A stretch of 64,000 nt of DNA, from the NCBI GenBank assembly GCA_965153355.1, contig OZ231126.1:12276001-12340000 (forward strand), given 5' to 3'. The notes beneath the pieces are model-generated. The model saw only the letters and a program-made list of their open reading frames with translations. It had not been told where the DNA came from and ran no database searches. This document shows positions 43,085 to 55,747 of the stretch, piece by piece. This DNA is from Flaccisagitta enflata (Eukaryota). Position numbers and translations under genes: made by a program. Position 1 is the stretch's first letter. Each line of letters opens with the position of its first letter.

Positions 43085-44300
43085 GAAAGACGGATTTGTG
43101 GCAGGCGTTGTCCATTTAGTTTAAACAAGGACTGGTACAGTTGGGTGCTTCACATAGCAAAAGTTGTTTATTTCTTCTTGCCCTCTTTACCTAATGTGGA
43201 GTGACCAATTTTATGACCCTTAACATTTTTCTTTTATAAAAAAATGTTCATCTTCTGTTTTTTAGAAAATTGTTTTTGAGGGCCTAATTTGCATAATGCA
43301 GTGAGATAAAACAATATGCTGATATTGTTTGAATTAGCTTTTACAATTTTTTTTCAGAGAATTACAATTCTGCCTTTTCATAAGCTTTTTCATAGCTTAT
43401 GTTCAAAGATTTTATTTTATTTTTACAAGTATCATGATTTTCTAAAACAAATAATTATCCTTTTTGTAACAAAACTACACAGGATTTTGCTGAATTCGGG
43501 GAAATCTGTGGAAACTTTAAGGTCAAAACAAAAACGGAAGATGAAAGAATTTTGAAAAAAGGAAAATGGTCATCTTCATGATTTTTGCATCTCCACATTA
43601 CCTAAGCAGGGTGAAGGGATACTCCCAACTTTTGCTATGCGAAGCACGCAACTGGTACAGGTTAGGATCGGTCTCTGTGGACATGGCTTGGTTTGTGATA
43701 GGTGTAGACCATTTAGTTTAAACAAGGACTGGTACAGGTCAGGATCGATCTCTGTGGACACGGCTTGGTTTGTGACAGGCGTTGTCCATTTAGTTTAAAC
43801 AAGGACTTGGACAGAGCAGGCTCAGTCTCTTCGGACATGGTCGGAGGTGTGAGTCGTAGTTCATTTATTCCGAACGAGGACTGGGACAGGGCAGGCTCAG
43901 TTTGAGAGTAAATGGCCGGTTTTGTGAAAGGCATTGCGCAATTAGTTTTAACAAGGACTGGAATAGGCTAGGATTCGTCTCATTGCACAATGTACCTACA
44001 TGACTAAATATGTGGCAGTCGCATACCATTTGGAGCATTTACCACAGACAAGGGCTGGGACAGGATGGGCCTAGTATGATGGGCAGGGCAGGCTTAGTGA
44101 TGGCTTGACTTGAAGCAGACTTTGTTCATTGGAATCTTGTTTGGTCACTCGCAGACGGGCCCTTTATCTCATTTGATCAGGGCTGGATATGTAGACTTTT
44201 TTAAAAGACTCGGCTTTGTCTTATTTGGAGGAGGCTGGATGGTTTGGATTTGATGACAGGCGATTTCTAACCCGTCAGAGCTAGACCTAGCTAGGCTAGG
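43085..44300. repeat. Degenerate ~77-bp tandem repeat (…CCATTTAGTTTAAACAAGGACTGGTACAGG…)
   Basis: AACAAGGACT at 43721 and 43798; copies decay rightwards; interrupted by the MITE. Confidence 0.75.
43138..43654. mobile_element. MITE inserted in a 77-bp tandem repeat
   Basis: CAGTTGGGTGCTTCACATAGCAAAAGTTG ... CAACTTTTGCTATGCGAAGCACGCAACTG; the empty site is visible in the neighbouring unit (~43721-43745). Confidence 0.82.
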
Positions 44301-45290
44301 CTGGCTGATTACGCAACAGGCTCAAATCGTTATTCCATTTGAACAAGCGCGGCAGTGACTTCCTAATATCATAATATGCAGCCACTGTCGGGCTTATACA
44401 ATCGCGCTGTTGGGGCTTATAAGTCATTCGTTCCTACGCGGAGTGTACCACCCGACGTGGCCGTGGGACTGAGGTAGAGGCAGAGGCTGAGCGTCGAGAC
44501 TCGAGACAGACGGTCGATTGGCAGTCTCGTGTCGCGACATCCATCCACAAAAACGAAGATCTGATTAGAAGAATGATTGATGGAAATTACGAGTAATAGT
44601 CAATTAATAAGTTTGGACATTTTACGATGTTGAACATCTTGTTAGGCCGTGTTCTAGGATCACCCTCTTCTTCTCTTTTTAGGTTGGATCAAGAGTCAAG
44701 AACAAAGAGCTAATAATACAGCTGGTTTTCCTATAATTCTTACGATCCTAGATTTGTGGGTTAGAAGGGTTACGATTGTAGGTTTTCTAGACTCTTTTAC
44801 AATGGGAAAATGTTTTTTTTCTTCATAACCCAAAAAGTGCTAAATCAATTTCTTTTATTTCTTGGGTCAAGAATGATCTTAAGATTACTAACCTTAGCCA
44901 AAAGGAATTGTCATCGCCACTCTTCTATAAACAGGTGAAATATGACAATGAATGTGGCTTTCTACAATGCTTACGATTCTAGGTTTTCTTGCCTAGAAAG
45001 CTTACAATTCTAGAAAATTGCATAGAAAGCTTACGATTCTAGGTCTTTTATGACTTTGTCTCTCAATGAAATGTGAAACTGCCATAAGTCGATCTTTTGC
45101 TCATGATTCAATCTTTTGCTCATTATTTTAGTCACTTTCTATGAGACGGTGTATTGGTAGGCCTGTTTTCAGGTCCATAAAACGGTAACCCGAATTTTTG
45201 TCTGACATGAAAAGGAAAAAAAAATAATTTGATGCCCAACCACAAATGACTACGTCTCAAATTACTTCAGCGAGTCGCGCTTATTCTTTT

Positions 45291-45490
45291 TTAGTCGCGT
45301 GCACGCGACTCTACAACCCGCTTTGTCCGTCGGTTGGTCTGTCGGTCTGTCGGTTGGTCCGTCACACTTTACTTTTTTTTATGATTTTATTTTTTTGACG
45401 TCACCGTTCCTGCTCAAATGGTCTGGTGACCTCAAATATGGCCCCTTCCCACCCGCACGCGACTTCGGTAGCCGTGTATCCGGCCTTGTT
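45291..45490 (+). mobile_element. HINE-like element, family B (nested)
   Basis: AGTCGCGTGCACGCGACT hairpin, subterminal GCACGCGACT, 3' GCCGTGTATCCGGCCTTGTT. Confidence 0.88.
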
Positions 45491-46111
45491 TATTCTATTG
45501 TTCACTTTCTTGATACGAGATCCATTTGTATAAACATAGCACTGTTACTATAGGTGTTGATTCTTTGGTCAGTGTGTTGACAGATCCAATATTCATCACC
45601 ATTGTTTTTTTGCAGAGGTTACACCAGTATCGTGAAAGTTATAGGGCACATTTTATTTGATAACATATATTACTGCCTTTTTTTAAACACCTCAATGTAA
45701 CAAAGCATAACAAAAGAAATCTAGAGGAATTCAGAAGAACTTTAGCGAGAAATTCAGAGAACTTTAGCGAGAAATTCAGAGAAATTCAGAGAAATTCAGA
45801 CTTATAGGTGTTTTTTTTGTTTTCTCAGATCCTTGAGCGTCTCTGGACACAAAGCATGTGATATGCAATAAATAACTGATTATATTCGGGCATTTGTCTT
45901 CAAAAGAGGAGAGTTTCTGATGGAGAAAAATTAATTGGCGCCCGATGGATCTTTTTTGCAAGATGAATTGACAAAAATTGATACGGTATCTCAGTCAGCA
46001 ATATGACAAATCCTTAGAGCCTGATTCCTCTTAGTCTCTTTGGCCATGAATCTTTCAAAAAATAGATATGAAAAGCACAGTAGTAACCCACACTAACATA
46101 TGTAAAAAGAC

Positions 46112-46393
46112 CAGGGGTGTATATAATTGAGTAGCTTTCGATTTTACCCCCCTGCCTTTGATTTTCTTCTCTGCATGAATTTCTTCCCCATAAGGCATTG
46201 AAACAGTGTAGTTAAGGATTATATAGTGTTTAACTGTGTTTTACTGATCAGTATTTATGATTTGGTACTGCCAAAAGTTGTTTTCCCCCAATTTTTTTCT
46301 CTCTTTTTTTCCCCTTTGATTTCCTTCCCCTTCTCCAAACCCTTTGATTCCCCCCCCCACGGGAGGGGGGGAACTAAAAAATATACAGGCCTG
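46112..46393. mobile_element. hAT-like MITE (nested)
   Basis: CAGGGGTGTATAT / ATATACAGGCCTG TIRs; flanks AAAAAGAC and CAAAGGAC (6/8 match). Confidence 0.6.
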
Positions 46394-47303
46394 CAAAGGA
46401 CTAAAAACAATTTCAATCATAACTGATTTCAAAGGACCAACAAATTATATCTGTTTAAGACTGGTTTAAGCTTAAAAAAGAAATTGAAAAAAATCAAGCT
46501 GAAAGAGCAAGATTTAGCTTATGTTAAAAGAAAAATTCTGTTCAATGCAGGTCCGTTGGAGCGGGATTTAACCATTTTACTGATGAAGGAATTTTTAAAA
46601 AATGACATGAAGAGACTGGGATTTTAGATCTGTTTTTAGCAGATATCTATCATAATATCATGATAATAAGAATGAAATACAATTTCTACCAGATTGGCCA
46701 TGCAAATAGAATGCTGTACTACAAAGAATATTTAGATACCGGATCATTTGCAGAGAGCAAAATTCAGAAGTACAGTCCCAACTCAGGCTCCGCAGAGTCC
46801 AACTGAAGTTTTCCACGATGGTTCAGCGCATTAGAAAAGTAAATTGAAAAGCATCTTGTCATATAGTAAGAATGTTTAGCCAGTAATAAGTAGTTCTTAT
46901 TGAAGCACGAACATAATTGTAAGCAAAAACAGAAATGCAAATCAGTATGAGAGTTATAATCAGAGTACAATGGGAACATGGGAGAGAGGGTGTAAAAAAA
47001 GGAATCAAGGGCGATAAATGGGGAAATTATGAACGGGGCAGCTGTGCATAGTTTCCAATGTTTGATATATTTAATCAAGTGATGATCAAATCTGAAATAA
47101 GCTATAACACCAATTCCATTTCTAACGCGCCACAACCTACATCCTTTGATCAACAATTAATATGTCATGATGTGGAAAACCTGGGTGAGGTTGGAAGCAT
47201 GAACAATGAATTTTGCTCTTAGAATTGATCCTTGCTATCCTGTCATTCCATCGGTCTTTTTGCCTCTTTTTGTTTTGGTCGGTCTCTGGCTTAGATCAAC
47301 TTA

Positions 47304-47589
47304 GGGCGTGTTTCTATTAATGGCCAAAAACGCATTTGTCCCCGTCTAACCCGTTCACAGTGTGAACACATATTCATGAATTCCAACTGACCCACAAGGG
47401 AGTTGGCGAAGTGAGTGAGCGAGCCCGTGAACAGAGCGAGCAAGCAAAGCAAGCGAGCAAAGCGAAGGGGAACGCTGCGTAGGGACTTCCTACTAGTGAG
47501 TAAGCGGATTGAGCGGTGTGAGCGAACGAACTTAGCGAGCGACCTAGTGGCCCGTAAAAAAATGATTGTCTCTGACTAGAAACACCCCC
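47304..47589. mobile_element. PIF/Harbinger (Tourist-like) MITE (nested)
   Basis: TTA|GGGCGTGTTTCTA ... TAGAAACACCCCC|TAA; internal GCGA/GCAA repeats. Confidence 0.72.
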
Positions 47590-48659
47590 TAAGATCGTTA
47601 TGTTTCTGGTTTACAGGCTTGTTTTGCGCTTACTATGGACCCTAACCAGGAAAATGATGTGTCAAAGAGAATGAAATGAATTTCCCAAATTGCTCGAGCA
47701 ACATTTCTTGAAAAATGTCTGTCAGTAAATTACCATTCATTCACGACATGCCTGGCGGGTACATTTGAATTTCAATGGTCTTGTTTCTTTTTTTTTCTTT
47801 TTTTTTTTTTTTGCGAGGTTTGCTATTAGGCACCATCTACCAATGAGCATGACCCAAACGGTGGACCGAGCGTAAGGATGCATGTTAAACAGTTTTTCTC
47901 AAAAATTCTTGTAAATCACTTTTTGTTGCAAATTTCATGGATGCAACAAATCATTCAAGTTGATAATCGAAAAGCTAGGCCTGGTAAAGCCCAAGAAGAG
48001 CGCCTCATTTGCATAATTGACAGACCAACCGACCAACCAACTGCCCAACTAGGGGACCCATCAACGGACACACCAACAGCCACACCGTCTTAAAGAGGAC
48101 ACACATAGAAAGGAGGCTACTTCATCCATCGGCAAGATGTGAAAAAGCCTGATGCCATGCATAAAAGTATTTCTCTCTCTGAAATTGAAGCCTACTAATC
48201 CATGGACTAACCTGTGGGTAATGAATCCCAGAAGACCTAGAATCGTAAGCTTTCTATGCAAGTTTCTAGAATCGTAAGCTTTCTAAGCAAGAAAACCTAG
48301 AATCGTAAGCATTGTAGAAAGCCACATTTATCATCACATTTCACCTATTTATAGAAGAGTGGCGATGACAATTTCTTTTGGCAAAGGTAAGTGGTCTCAT
48401 TATTGATATTGTCCCAAGAAATAAAAAAAATCGATTTAGCACTTTTTGGGTTATGAAGGAAAAACCCATTTTCCCATTGTAAAAGAGTCTAGAAAACCTA
48501 CAATTGTAACCCTTCTAACCCACAAATCTAGGATCGTAAGAATTATAGGATAACCAGCTGTAATAATCCCTTCTTCGTCGATGAATCGTTTGATAGGAAC
48601 AAGAAATCTTTTAAGTTTAATGAGACTTCGTCGAGAAATTTAAAGAGACAAATGGTTGG

Positions 48660-50586
48660 CACTGTGCTTTTAAAAAGATTCTCAGTGGAAAGTCATATAA
48701 CTGTGGGTTTTTCTGCATTTTTGAGCAGTATCGGGATGTAAGAGCATGTAACTAGCAAAAATAAAATCATTCCCCGAGCGCTTTTTGAGTAATCTTCAAA
48801 ATAAAAAAAAATTAAACCTATTTGTAATGCAGATTCTAATGAGTTGTATTGGCTCATTTTTTGATTCCATATTGTTATTCTGTACAAAATTTCCTTTCAT
48901 TTGATAGGTCACACTATATGGTTTTATAAAAAAATTAGGTTTTCATATTTTCAGCCACCGTTACTTTTTCACACATCTCTGGATACCCCCCCAAAGAGAA
49001 TCGAAAATACCATTTTTTCTGACTGTGCTATTTGTCTTCAGGAACATGTGGACTACTAAAAAAAACAAAAAAATTCTTCTGAAATTCTTTCATTTATTTC
49101 ACTTTTTAGGTAAAAAAAGAGCATTTTTAGCACATTTTAAGCATTAAATTGTTTATGCAGCTTAAAAAATCTGAAAAAATACTGGAAATGTATGGCAATA
49201 GATTGAATATACATGTTTTTACCCTTCATAAACAGTTTTTGTAAGTATCATACAGACTAAAGCTTAAAAATAGCCTAAAAATTACAAAATATGGCTTTTT
49301 TCAGTATTTTTCAGTCTAAATTTGTTTTTACAGCATTTCAACTTCTAAGAAATCCTAGAAAAGTGTAGTAGTAGTTTGAGCTTAACTACTTTTACCATGA
49401 ACAATCAGTAAATTTTGATTTTTTTAAGTTTAGAGCTAAAAAATAGCAAAAAAATATTGTTTTTTTAAGCATCTTAAAGCAATTAATTATTCATGCACTT
49501 TTGTAAATCCAAAAAAATACTGGAAATGTGTGGCAATAGATAGAATATATATGTTGAAATGCTGTATTAAAAAATTTGAGATTTTAAAATACTGAAAAAA
49601 GCCATATTTTGGCATTTTTACATCATTTTTAAACTTTAATCTTTAAGATATCTAGAAGAACTTTTTGTGAAAGGTAAAAACATGTATGTTCTATCTATTG
49701 CCACACATTTCCAGTATTTTTTTGGCTTTATAAGAGTGCATGAATAATCATTTGCTTTAAGATGCTTAAAAAAACAATATTTTACTATTTTTTAGTTATT
49801 TTTTAACTCTAAACCTAAAGAAATCAAAATTTACTGATTGTTCAGGGTAAAAGTAGTTAAGCTCAGACTACTACTAAACTTTCCTAGGATTTTTTGGGAG
49901 TTAAAATCCTGTAAAAACAAATTTAGACTGAAAAATACTAAAAAAAACCATATTTTGTCATTTTTAGGCTATTTTTAAGCTCTAATCTGTATGATATTTA
50001 AAAAAAATGTTTATGAAGGGTAAAAACGTGTATATTCTATCTATTGCCATGCATTTCCAGTATTTTTTTGGAATTTCTAAGCTGCATGAACAATTTTATG
50101 CCCAAAAAGTGCTAAAAATACCCTTTTTTTACCTAAAAAGTGAAACAAATGAAAAAATTTCAGAAGAATTTTTTTGTTTTTTGTTTTTTTTAGTAGCTCA
50201 CATGTTCCTGAAGACAAATAGCACAGTCAGAAAAAATGGTATTTTCGATTCTCTTTGGGGGGTATCCAGAGATGTGTGTTTTTGTAACGGTGACTCAAAA
50301 AATGAAAATTTCAATTCTTTGCAAAAGTATAGAGTGCGACCTATCAAATGAAAGGGAATTTTGCATAGATTAACAATATAGAATCAGAAATTTAGTCATC
50401 ACATCCCTAAAGAATCTGCATTGAAATTTGGTCTATTTTTTTCTGATTTTGAAGGTTACTCAAAAAGCGCTTGGGGAATGATTTTGTTTTTGCTAGTTAC
50501 ATGCTCTTACACCCCAATACTGCTCAAAAATGCAGAAAAACCCACAGTTAAATGACTTTTCACTCATAATTGTTTTAAAAGCAGTG
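48660..50586. mobile_element. 1.9-kb foldback element with CACTG/CAGTG termini (CMC/Chapaev-like)
   Basis: Arms ~48660-49555 and ~49678-50586 are reverse complements; TTGG flanks both ends (4-bp TSD). Confidence 0.85.
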
Positions 50587-51182
50587 TTGGATAAGAGGAA
50601 CTTGTTGCTCATCGTTTTGAAGGCTCGGCCCACTTTGTCTCCAATAGAGACAACCACAATATTTGTGTTCTTCCTTGGGGTGTTTTGTCTCAAACGGTAA
50701 CAATCCCTGTGATCTTTTTGAGGAAGATATAGCCAAGGACCTCGCATATCTCCCAATCAGAAATTTTGCCCAAACCATTAAGCATACAGGCCATCGGACA
50801 AAAATGCTAAAGCACATTGCACATTGTAGATGAATCTCCAAATGCCACAGATTATTTGTCTCCATGCAACTGATTAGGTCTCCTCATGCTAAAGCAGTCT
50901 CTTTTGTGCTACTGGTTAAGACTCTCCAAAGCGCACAGAGTCTCATGCTTACAAAGCCTTTGCAAAGGCAAACAACGGGAAACTGACTAATTTGGAGCCA
51001 AATCGCGTTTTAGCGTGTTTTCCTCTTTTCTCGTTTTCACTCCAACGAGTCCAAAGAATCAAAAAGTCGAGTCAAACTCATTTTTAGAACCCAAGAGAGA
51101 AACAAAAAAGGAACAATTGGATAATAAGGAGCAATGGGCAAAAGATAGGAAAAAGGCCAAAACCACCGTTGACACAAGAAAT

Positions 51183-51239
<57 letters not shown>

Positions 51240-51457
51240 AGAGAAAGAGAAAGAGAAAGAGAGAGAGAGAAAGAGAAAGAGATAGAGACAGAGAGAGAGA
51301 CAGAGAGAGACAGATAGAGAGACAGAGAGAGACGGATTTAAGGGTTACTATCGTTGAGTTCCTTGCGTGCAGTCGGAGTCTTGAATGTGCTGAAAAACAA
51401 TTATTGTTCATACATTTCAAACTTGAATTTCCGATCTTTTTAAATTCATTGACGTTA

Positions 51458-51573
51458 TTAGGTGCGACAAAGCACCTCTTTAACTGGCTGTGTCCGTCGG
51501 TCGGTCGGTTGGTTGGTTGGTCGAGTAACGCATTCGTTTGATGATCCACATGTTGCACCTTATTGGCCTTGTT
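51458..51573 (+). mobile_element. Short HINE-like element, family D (AGGTGCG hairpin)
   Basis: TTAGGTGCGACAAAGCACCT, GTCG/GTTG microsatellite, subterminal TGTTGCACCT, end TTGGCCTTGTT. Confidence 0.7.
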
Positions 51574-51728
51574 CCTCATGAACTTTTATTTCTTTTCTTC
51601 TTCCCTGCGTTTCTTTCACAAATCACAACCTTTTCTCAGTTCGAACCTTGCTGAGACAAAAAATCGGTCACGTTCGCAATGACAATCCGTGTCTTTTGTT
51701 TTTTAGTGTTTTTTAAGCCGGCAATGTT

Positions 51729-51816
51729 TTAGGGTTAGGGGTGGGGTTAGGGTTAGGGATGGGGTGGGTTTTAGGGTTAGGGATAGAGTAAGGATGAGGG
51801 ATAGGGTGAGGGTTAG
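51729..51816 (+). repeat. Degenerate interstitial (TTAGGG)-like repeat, probably inside a small MITE (~51662-51900)
   Basis: Several TTAGGG copies and variants, flanked by CAATGACAA ... TTGTCATTG inverted motif. Confidence 0.6.
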
Positions 51817-52500
51817 GTGTTGGTTTCGTTTTATATGTTTAAGCTCGAGTAAGCTTGAATTATAGATTTGTCATTGTGGGGAAAAACAAGTGCACCGGAT
51901 TGAATTACCTAACATGACCAAAAAATCAGCTATACATCAGGGATGAGTATTTTTGAAGGGGGTGGGGGGGAGAATCAAATAGTTCGGAGAACGGGAGGGG
52001 AAACTGCATCTGTTTGCCGTTGACGCTTCGATGCTTCATTTGCATAGATCTCATCGCCCCAACCAACCGAAATTACACCCTTTCCTCTGTCTGTCTTTTT
52101 CTTTTTCTTTTTCTTTCTCTCTCTTTTTCTTTTTCTTTTTCTTTTTCTTTTTCTTTTTCTTTTTCTTTTTCTTTTTCTTTCTCTTTCTCTTTCTCTTTCT
52201 CTTTCTCTCGCTCTCGCTCTCGCTCTCGCTCTCTCTGTCTTTTCGTCGGAACGGAAACAAATCTCTGACAAATGCACGAATTTCTTCCGGTTGACCAGAC
52301 GCTTGTATTCCGTTGTCATCGCTCGTCTTTAGATTTTCATTTGTATTCCGTTGTCATCGCTTGTCTTTCGAATTCGCTCGACTTCCAAATTCGACTAATT
52401 TTCTGAATTTGAAATCATGAAATCTGACTACTGCTTTCGGGCAGTGCACTCTTATCCCAGTCTCAAGGGTCAAATCCTAGCCTTGAGGTGCAAGTCCCAG

Positions 52501-53100
52501 CTCACAGCAAGATCAGGTGAAAAGTAACATTACTGTAGGTTTTTTCATTGTTTTGTATAGAATCTGAGCTCTATTTACTGGAACTAATGATGACAAAATC
52601 TTGTCAAGAGCGCTTTTTGAGATTTTCATAAAAAATGATGGTTTTTAGCCTTCTTTTTCCTGTAGATTCAACCAGGTATTTCAAAAATACTTTTTGTCAG
52701 CAAATTCGTAATCCTGGTGAAATTTCCATTCATTTGATAGGTCGCAACATATACTTTTACATAAAAATAAGAATTTCAGTTTTTAAGCCACCGTTGCAAA
52801 ATTGTAACGGTGGCTTAAAAATGGAAAATTGCAGTTTTGGACAAAATTGTATAGTGCGACCTATCAAATGAATGGTAATTTCATCAGGAATTCAAATATG
52901 CTGTCAAAAAAGATTTTCAAAGTACCCAGTAGAATCTACATTGAAAAAAAGGGTAAAAACCATCTATTTTTGTGAAAATCTCAAAAATCGCTCTTGACAA
53001 AATTTTATCTTCAATTGTTCCAGTAAATGGAGCTCAGATTCTATACAAAACAATGAAAAAACCTACAGAAATGTTACTTTTCTCCGGATCTGGCTGTGAG
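52501..53100. mobile_element. 600-bp palindromic MITE related to 48660-50586
   Basis: Whole element self-complementary about ~52800; shares ATTTGATAGGTCGCA, GCCACCGTT and GAGCGCTTTTTGAG motifs with the 48.7-kb element. Confidence 0.85.
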
Positions 53101-53416
53101 AGGGCTGTGAGCCATGGAGCTCAAATCTGAGCCTCTCGGCTAACAACCGGCCCTCATGCTCAAACCCCAACTTATGCTCAATTCTCGGCATCCATGCTCA
53201 AATCCACGCCCAGCAAAAATCAATTGCTGCTGCATAGGCCGCAGCATCTTTCCACTGTTCATGATAATTCTTCATGAGCAGAACGGATCTAAGTGAAGTG
53301 CATCGGCTACGTATCCCCACCCAAGTGAGCAACTCTCTGGTATAGAACAAACATAAGCATACATCCGAAATAGGCTCATTTGATTATTGGTCCCGTTTAG
53401 GCGAGTAAATACATTT

Positions 53417-53602
53417 TTAGTCGCGTGCACGCGGCTCTACAACCCGCTTTGTCCGTCCGTCCGTTGGTCGGTCGGTCATGTTTTATTTTTTTTATGATTT
53501 TATTTTTTGATCCCACTGCTCCTACTCAAATGGTTTAGTGACCTCAAAAATGGCCCCTGCCCACCCGCACGCGACTTCAGTAGCCGTGTATCCGGCCTTG
53601 TT
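53417..53602 (+). mobile_element. HINE-like element, family B
   Basis: Aligns by eye with 45291-45490 throughout. Confidence 0.88.
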
Positions 53603-53787
53603 TACCCACCCTCAGTGACTCGTGAGGTTTTCAAGGCAGTCATGGACCTTGCCTACCCTCAGATCAAATACTGCTTGCATTAATCAAGAAAAAAATAGTA
53701 AAAAAGATCCGACCCAACTTGTCCGATATGCAAACAAGGATAAATTACGACCATCTCTATTTCTACATAAATGTATTCGTTGAACTA

Positions 53788-54302
53788 CAGTATGATTTAT
53801 CTCGTTCGCAACATTTGATGACGACGTAACTCCTAATGTAATAAATATAATTGAATTCTCAAAAAAGTTTCTGGAAAATAAATGTCTGGGATTTTTTCAC
53901 ATACAATTCTTAGATTTTTGAGAAAAATCTGATGCTATTGGTGTATAATGATAAGATGTCTATTTTTGGCAAAAAAAACCTCTTTTCCTGCCTTTTTTCA
54001 CAAAATGCCAAAAAGGTGGTTTTCTCTTTAATTTACAGCCAAGCTGATGTTAAAAGTTTTAGAAATGAGATAAATCTTAAAAAAATCAGTTTTACTGACA
54101 GCATAACAAAATTGTTTATTTCAAATTGCAAAAATTTTAGTAAGTTTATGAAAAAAGGGTCACTTTTTTTTAAAAAATCTTTAAGAATCGTTCATAAGAA
54201 AATGCCAGACATTGATCTTTCAGAGACCTTTTTTTTCAGAATTTGATTATCTTTATTACTTTTTGAGTTACGTCGTCGTTGCAAACAAGATGAATCATAC
54301 TG
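53788..54302. mobile_element. Palindromic Tc1/mariner-type MITE
   Basis: TA|CAGTATGATT ... AATCATACTG|TA; arms mirror (GACGACGTAACTC / GAGTTACGTCGTC). Confidence 0.82.
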
Positions 54303-54531
54303 TATTTATCATGATAGCTACCTTGAATAATGACTACAACGATGCTAAAGATATAAAAACATGTATTGTAAACAATTTTCAATAAGCGTTCATGGCTGAA
54401 AATCAAGAACAAAAGGATCGTGTTTTATCTCCAATTCAGAGACAAAGAGCCCACTATTCCCCGGAAAAAGTGACATCATTGTGGTTTACCACGCCGATTT
54501 TGAGATATCATGGAGGCAATTTGTTGGACAA

Positions 54532-55261
54532 CTAGTTTCCGCAAACCATCCAACGGACTTTTGTAGTTACTTTTGAATCAGCAGCCAGGTCGTTGCTGTA
54601 GAGTTGAAACTGTTGAAATTCAAGAGCATTTGAAACTTTAAGATTGACGAGTGATGTCTATGCTGAGAGAGGGGAGGGGGTATATTGTGATGAGACATGA
54701 CAATTCCATGGGTCTTCTCTATTTGTCGATTTGATGCTCTACTTATAGGCCAAACTCAAATTACCGACAGTGTGAAGAAGGTGGGTTCATTTTCGTCCAA
54801 ATCTATATCAAACGTAATCGACTTTTTCTCGTTGTTACCATCGGTGTTGAGAGCCTTGATAAGGGCATAGGCAACCGATCTTTGATTCGGGTAGTTCCTT
54901 AACAGAATAATCGATGGATTTCTAAGAACATGAACATGAACAATCGTTAAATGGCCTTTGGAGCCTTCACATGATGCCAATTGGGAGTGTCCATAGGCTT
55001 TCAAATTACTAGATCATGACTTTGCGCTTACCCTTTGTAGGTAAATTTTTCCTCTTGTGTGGTGCCACTGATTTTTAGGGAAAATTGATTTTCGCCGGAT
55101 TCACAAACCAGTTGACCTGATGACAAAACAAAGCCGAAATTCTCGCATATGCAAAGCAATCATGCAAAAAAGACACTGCGTCAACGGTCGTTTCGGACAC
55201 GCTAACGATCTTTCTCATTCTTTCTTTCGTTTTGTGTGTGCGTGCGTGCGTGCGTGCGTGC

Positions 55262-55300
<39 letters not shown>

Positions 55301-55747
55301 CGCGTGCGCGTGCACGTGTGTGACCAAAATAGCCGTCATAACACAAACTTACCACTCTGCAATACTGCTATACTGGCTTTTGCGGCCGATAATTCAGATT
55401 TCGAAGTCGAAAGTTCAGTTTCGAGTTTCTTGTATTCTGAAGCACAAAAACGCGAAGAGATCAGATTTGGAAACATTTTTCCAGTATTTAAAGAGACGAG
55501 GAATTTGAACGAGACTATCAGACTGTTATTCATAAATCTTACTTTTTGACAATTTCGAGAGACGGTTGTTTGTTGTATTTAGAGCGTCGTTCAGTTGTTC
55601 GAATCCTTCGCCCAACGAAGTCAACCACGACGGGACGTCGGAATCATCTCCGAAAGCTTCGCGTATCGACTCTTTCAAGTTGAACGTCGCCGCATCTGAT
55701 AAATATGAGAGAAAGGAAATAGCAAATATTTTCAAGGCTACATTCAT
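54532..55747 (-). CDS. 5-exon gene, 210-aa predicted secreted protein: signal peptide + coiled coil + H-type-lectin-like domain. Exons 55747-55543, 55436-55353, 55116-55032, 54897-54765, 54657-54532
   Basis: All four introns are GT-AG with matching phases (1,1,2,0), 633 nt total. MNVALKIFAISFLSYLSDA leader; heptad-like segment; C-terminal domain CESG...KFTY...VAYALIKALNTD...FTLS...KVRWMVCGN*. The domain call is by eye only. Confidence 0.8.

Larger units (their letters stand above)
44719..48560. mobile_element. 3.8-kb TIR element with ~330-bp inverted repeats and TA TSD, carrying nested insertions
   Basis: TA|CAGCTGGTTTTCCTATAATTCTTACGATCC ... GGATCGTAAGAATTATAGGATAACCAGCTG|TA; 44719-~45045 mirrors ~48232-48560. 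Confidence 0.88.

Noticed and set aside
51729-51816. True telomere or fusion site
   Set aside because: Short, degenerate, single orientation and apparently inside a small inverted-repeat element.
50007-54246. AT-rich ORFs at 50007-50351, 52635-52871 and 53932-54246 as transposases
   Set aside because: They lie in palindromic MITE arms and show no DDE or DNA-binding motifs.
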